From contig NC_043020.1 in assembly GCF_006345805.1 (NCBI RefSeq), forward strand, positions 6,448,001-6,512,000: a DNA stretch of 64,000 bases. The letters run 5' to 3'. Position 1 is the stretch's first letter. Every line of letters starts with the position of its first letter. The notes below the pieces were generated by a model, which did not search any database, had not been told where the DNA came from, and saw nothing but the letters and a program-made list of their open reading frames with translations. Below are positions 61,439 to 64,000 of the stretch, in pieces. Origin of the DNA: Octopus sinensis (lineage: Eukaryota). A program made the translations under genes and the position numbers.

Positions 61439-63636
61439 AAGCAGGGAGCTGGCCAAATCGTTTAGTACACCAGGTAAAATGCTTGGCAGCATTTTGTCTG
61501 TTGCTGTGTTCTGAGTTCAAATTCCACCGAGGTTGAATCTTGCCTTTCATCCTTCCCAGATCAATAAATTAAGTACCAGTGAAACACTGGGGTCGATGTA
61601 ATCGACTAGTCCCCCACCAAAATTTTAGGCCCCTTGCACCTTTAGTAAAAAGGTTTATTATTATTATTATTGAGTGAGAGAGCAATGCATGCCATCAAAG
61701 TGACACTGAGGTACAAATATACAAAGCCCAATATACCCATCATGACTACCAATCTGACGGGTAGTCATGATGGGTATATTGGGCTACTCGACCTGAAGAA
61801 AATTCTAACTGGGCTCCACCTGCAATCAAGGTTATGTGCTGTTTATCTTGATATAAGGTTACCATGTGCATATATGGTTGTGATGCATGTGCCTGGGATA
61901 CATGATCTTGCTTGCAGGTGGGGCCCAGTTAGAATTTTCTTCAGGTCGAGTAGCCCATCCCACTCAAAAGGTCCCTGAATAAGGCTGGTTTAAGGATGTT
62001 GAACAAATATTATTATTATTATTATTTTTTCCTTCTTTCTTCAAATTTTCTTACATTTCTCGCCGAGTGTTTTCCATACACCTAGGGCAGAGAAGGGCAT
62101 TGTATGCATTCCCAGATTACACGCGCAAATTCACGGATAAAATATGTATTTAAAAATTAATAAATAAATGAATTCATGGATGGATGTTACTTATTATTAT
62201 TATGATCATTATTATTATTATTGTTGTTGTTTTGTTAATGTTTTGTTTTTTTCCTTACTGTTTTCTTCAGGCTTGCAGAAGACCAGTCAACAATGTTTGG
62301 TGGATGGGCTCGAATGGCACAACCGATAACGGCCTTCAGTGTGGTTGAGGTGTGTAGCTGAGTATTTCTACCCCACTTCTTGTCTGTCTGTAACTCCTTT
62401 TATCTTCATCACTATTCCTCTCTGGTCAATCTCTCATCAACTTCTTCAAGTATCACTTGAAAAGGAAAGTGAGAGCAGAGAGGCAAGTTTTGTCAAGCGA
62501 ATGTTTTAAAAAAAGATGGGTGAATGTAGCAAGAATGGCACGTATGAATGACGAAGCCACCTTGAGCATAATCCTATGAACCCGAAAAAATTTAAAACAG
62601 AGGGTTACCTACTTGCAAGCAAATGTGGTAACAAGTAACATTATTGACCGAGGGTATCGTGGTCTTTTTCATAGGCTTTTCTTTCCATGGATAAACCTTA
62701 TCTGTTTCCCCCTTTACACTTTACATCATGACATTTCTGTGATACACGTTCCCTATTGATCGTATTTTTTTCTTTCTTTTTTTCTTTCCCTTTTATGATC
62801 CCTTTTGATAGAAAACCTACCCCAGTTTTTTTTTTTTCCTCCCCCAAAAGAAAAGCTCTACTTTGTAATCTGTCCCGTCTGTGTGCAGCCCTGTGTGGCT
62901 AATAAAGAAACATATCATCATCACTGTTGTGGAAGGATCCAGACCGCCCCCATGTGACCAAAAGTGGACGGATGCATTTCAATAAAATAAAGCTGTGTGA
63001 ACTGTTGGTGGTTGACAGGGATGGTCATTCGTTTTGGATTGCTGTATTAGTTTAATATCGTATCTACGTTTGTACGTTTGGCGTAGTATGGAATACACTC
63101 TGTGTGAACATATTAACTCTGCGAAAGGTCGTTCCAGATAACCATATCCAAATTTTTATTTGGGTACTACTATTCCTACACCCCACCCCGTTGCACATCG
63201 TTGTCATAACATTATTGGTGATGAGATATTCAAACCCACGACATAACAACCACCATCACCATTATCATTATCATCATCACTATCATTATTAATGGTGATG
63301 ATGATGTTGGGCTGCTCTCATTTTCCAACTACCAAATGCGTTCATAAGTCATTGGTTGGCCCAGGGCTATAGTAGAAGACATCCAAGTTGCTGTACCCTG
63401 GGATTGAACCCCAAACCACACAACCATACCCGTCCCTCTCTTGTGTATTTCCCTTGTTTGTTTTTCTTATTTCATTTAATTTTTTTTTCTTTGGTTTTCT
63501 CTTTTCTTTACTTGTCTTGTAAATTCTTCCTCCCAGGTTGCCAAACCTCGCATCGGAGAATCTCATCCATCCCAGGTCCGTGCCGACATCACAGTCAACC
63601 TAAGTGTCAGACCGGAAATAAAATCTGAATGGGAAG
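37440..63636 (+). CDS. AQR: RNA helicase Aquarius (intron-binding protein IBP160), 5' part: 18 coding exons, gene continues beyond the window
   Basis: 18 GT-AG exons join in one frame (1648 nt). The translation matches the animal AQR N-terminal half: [152 protein letters not shown]. Confidence 0.97.
38646..38702 (+). CDS. AQR: AQR coding exon 2 ([19 protein letters not shown])
   Basis: tttacag| ... AAG|gtaaga, 57 nt. Confidence 0.92.
39008..39735 (-). mobile_element. Mariner (DD34D) transposase relic with right TIR
   Basis: [11 protein letters not shown]...[11 protein letters not shown]...[23 protein letters not shown]; terminus TA-TCAGGTCATCCCATCAGTTCTGTC; frameshifted. Confidence 0.92.
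39760..40210. repeat. Degenerate about 22-bp minisatellite (ACATTTCACAAATTATATTCC-like)
   Basis: Recurrent CATTTCA motif up to the exon 3 acceptor. Confidence 0.75.
40220..40260 (+). CDS. AQR: AQR coding exon 3 ([14 protein letters not shown])
   Basis: tctgtag| ... AA|gtaagt, 41 nt. Confidence 0.93.
40855..40890 (+). CDS. AQR: AQR coding exon 4 ([12 protein letters not shown])
   Basis: ttcccag| ... AG|gtaagt, 36 nt, phase-compatible. Confidence 0.93.
41558..41603 (+). CDS. AQR: AQR coding exon 5 ([15 protein letters not shown])
   Basis: ctttcag| ... ACG|gtatgt, 46 nt. Confidence 0.93.
41838..41912 (+). CDS. AQR: AQR coding exon 6 ([25 protein letters not shown])
   Basis: cccccag| ... GAG|gtaagc, 75 nt. 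Confidence 0.95.
41978..42765. mobile_element. Penelope-derived composite: two minus-strand hammerhead units around a PLE ORF N-terminal stub, plus an inverted plus-strand unit
   Basis: Hammerhead cores at 42062-42102(-), 42436-42476(-), 42670-42715(+); stub [32 protein letters not shown]; flanking 8-bp duplication CTGCTTTT (41970-41977 / 42766-42773). Confidence 0.8.
42766..43422 (+). repeat. Tandem array of decayed piggyBac-like MITE units
   Basis: Repeats of CCTTTGTTGCCATA...GAAGAATTTAG...TGTCATTATTAAGCTGGTGTT ending AAAAGGGTT; related to the 53853 family; the left stub is at 41940-41977. Confidence 0.7.
45608..45742 (+). CDS. AQR: AQR coding exon 7 (AFQSKSENF...[20 protein letters not shown])
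   Basis: atttcag| ... TTG|gtaagt, 135 nt. Confidence 0.95.
45880..46180 (+). mobile_element. SINE/RTE-tail repeat family 4 (...GGAAGGGCATCCAGCTGTAGAAAC...CCATGCTAGCATGGAAAGCGGACGTTAAA(TGA)n)
   Basis: Recurrent at 31193-31350, 44000-44270, 51800-52030(-), 56540-57070(-), 57705-57945, 60050-60710; (TGA)n tail typical of RTE-mobilised elements. Confidence 0.75.
47233..47301 (+). CDS. AQR: AQR coding exon 8 ([23 protein letters not shown])
   Basis: ttgacag| ... CCT|gtaagt, 69 nt. Confidence 0.95.
47399..47560. repeat. 31-bp tandem repeat x5 (CTATGACATAAGGTTATGACATTGGTYTTTG)
   Basis: Directly visible; decayed continuation 47855-48078 after a SINE. Confidence 0.9.
48610..48787 (+). CDS. AQR: AQR coding exon 9 ([20 protein letters not shown]...SVLEQIPET)
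   Basis: ccaacag| ... ACAG|gtgcgt, 178 nt, open frame, fills the expected gap. Confidence 0.9.
48880..49435 (+). mobile_element. Copy of the 28650 head+LINE element, preceded by a 60-bp internal LINE piece
   Basis: Near identity to 28650-29142 by eye. Confidence 0.8.
50195..50602. repeat. About 22-bp minisatellite (CCAGTCCAATCTACCCCTTTGT-like)
   Basis: Directly visible, ends about 35 nt before the exon 10 acceptor. Confidence 0.85.
50638..50816 (+). CDS. AQR: AQR coding exon 10 ([31 protein letters not shown]...GKLFGQ)
   Basis: ccttcag| ... CAG|gtaaat, 179 nt. Confidence 0.96.
52226..52339 (+). CDS. AQR: AQR coding exon 11 ([22 protein letters not shown]...HYNKITALQ)
   Basis: cttacag| ... 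CAG|gtagta, 114 nt. Confidence 0.96.
53034..53137 (+). CDS. AQR: AQR coding exon 12 ([34 protein letters not shown])
   Basis: long pyrimidine tract, ttctag| ... GA|gtaaga, 104 nt. Confidence 0.94.
53319..54156 (-). mobile_element. Penelope-derived dimer (tRNA-like head-hammerhead-ORF stub-hammerhead), interrupted by a piggyBac MITE
   Basis: Same organisation as 41978-42515; hammerheads 53403-53443 and 53777-53817; head at 54043-54156. Confidence 0.8.
53853..54038. mobile_element. piggyBac-like MITE
   Basis: TTAA-CCCTTTCATTAC ... GTAACGAAAGGG-TTAA; further copies at 54856-55083 and 55200-55429. Confidence 0.85.
54395..54497 (+). CDS. AQR: AQR coding exon 13 ([16 protein letters not shown]...SEFLLELL)
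   Basis: tcttcag| ... TTG|gtaagt, 103 nt. Confidence 0.92.
56344..56464 (+). CDS. AQR: AQR coding exon 14 ([40 protein letters not shown])
   Basis: attccag| ... GAAG|gtgagc, 121 nt. Confidence 0.97.
57107..57149 (+). ncRNA. Minimal type I hammerhead ribozyme motif, copy 1
   Basis: CCAC-CTGAAGA-TTGTC-gatcaa-GACAA-GAAA-C-gatt-GTA-GTGG: intact core, stems I/II/III, GUA cleavage triplet at 57143-57145. Confidence 0.75.
57517..57559 (+). ncRNA. Minimal type I hammerhead ribozyme motif, copy 2
   Basis: Identical to copy 1 except TCAC in stem I (U-G pair); GUA at 57553-57555. Confidence 0.72.
58114..58182 (+). ncRNA. Type I hammerhead-like motif with extended stem II
   Basis: CGACG-CTGATGA-AGG..GGTAAT/ATTACT..CCC-GAAACA-caatca-TGTA-CGCG. 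Confidence 0.5.
58953..59045 (+). CDS. AQR: AQR coding exon 15 ([31 protein letters not shown])
   Basis: cttgcag| ... ACCT|gtaagt, 93 nt. Confidence 0.97.
59630..59920 (+). mobile_element. RTE-clade LINE 3' relic
   Basis: Frameshifted [11 protein letters not shown]...[13 protein letters not shown]...[21 protein letters not shown]. Confidence 0.7.
60978..61026 (+). CDS. AQR: AQR coding exon 16 ([17 protein letters not shown])
   Basis: tttccag| ... TG|gtaaca, 49 nt. Confidence 0.95.
62271..62349 (+). CDS. AQR: AQR coding exon 17 ([26 protein letters not shown])
   Basis: tcttcag| ... GAG|gtgtgt, 79 nt. Confidence 0.95.
62420..62910 (+). mobile_element. L1/Tx1-like LINE 3' end
   Basis: [37 protein letters not shown]...*, T-rich 3'UTR, AATAAAGAAA end; similar tail at about 19985-20110. 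Confidence 0.55.
62925..63247. mobile_element. Candidate solo LTR
   Basis: TGTTGTG ... CATAACA termini, internal AATAAA, flanks ATCAC/ACCAC (5-bp TSD with one mismatch). Confidence 0.35.
63537..63636 (+). CDS. AQR: AQR coding exon 18 ([33 protein letters not shown])
   Basis: ctcccag| ... GAAG|gtacga, 100 nt. Confidence 0.95.
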
Positions 63637-63836
63637 GTACGAGATTAATTAATTTTTCTTTTAATTACTTTTAATTTAAACTAGTCTAAAAGCCACACCC
63701 CATGTGGACTTTTAAGCTGGGTCCTGTGGCCCAAAACTAAAGAACGCAATGATAATAAAGATCCCAATGCTGGATGTTCAAGAACCAAATGCGGGGCAGA
63801 TTTTCAATCCTGGGGGTCATCCTGATTCCAAAAAGG

Positions 63837-64000
63837 TATTGGGTTGTCCGGAAAGTTTGTGCTGATTTTTAAAGGAAAGAAAAAGGTCAATAAATACTTG
63901 CCATTACATTTTTAATCAACCAAATATGAACCATTTTGTTGCACAATGCGTCTCCATCTTTCCTTTAACTTGAAAATACCCTCTTCCCAGAATTGAGGTG
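63837..64000 (-). mobile_element. Mariner right end (continues beyond window)
   Basis: Minus strand PQFWEEGIFKLKERWRRIVQQNGSYLVD*; terminus TA-TTGGGTTGTCCGGAAAGT. Confidence 0.85.

Overview
AT-rich, microsatellite-laden eukaryotic genomic DNA, very probably an octopus (inferred from the SINE/LINE repertoire; not provable without a search). The right half (37440-63636, + strand) carries the first 18 coding exons (1648 nt, 549 codons) of the spliceosomal RNA helicase Aquarius (AQR/IBP160). All introns are GT-AG, the frame is continuous, and the gene runs off the window. A probable non-coding first exon lies near 34.3-34.5 kb. The left half is mostly repeats, with one candidate first coding exon of an unidentified minus-strand gene (319-476) and a 100-N assembly gap. 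Repeats include several tRNA-derived SINE families, CR1/L2-, RTE- and L1/Tx1-type LINE relics, mariner relics, hAT-, piggyBac- and GG-TIR MITEs, Helentron-like elements and mini/microsatellites. The most notable signal is a set of minimal type I hammerhead ribozyme motifs from at least four unrelated families. One is a Penelope-derived unit joining a tRNA-like Pol III promoter (A/B boxes) to a hammerhead, present as 374-nt-spaced tandem dimers in two AQR introns. Another is a pair of canonical sense-strand hammerheads 410 nt apart in the intron after coding exon 14. All folding and homology calls were made by eye; almost all ORFs in the supplied track are repeat artefacts.
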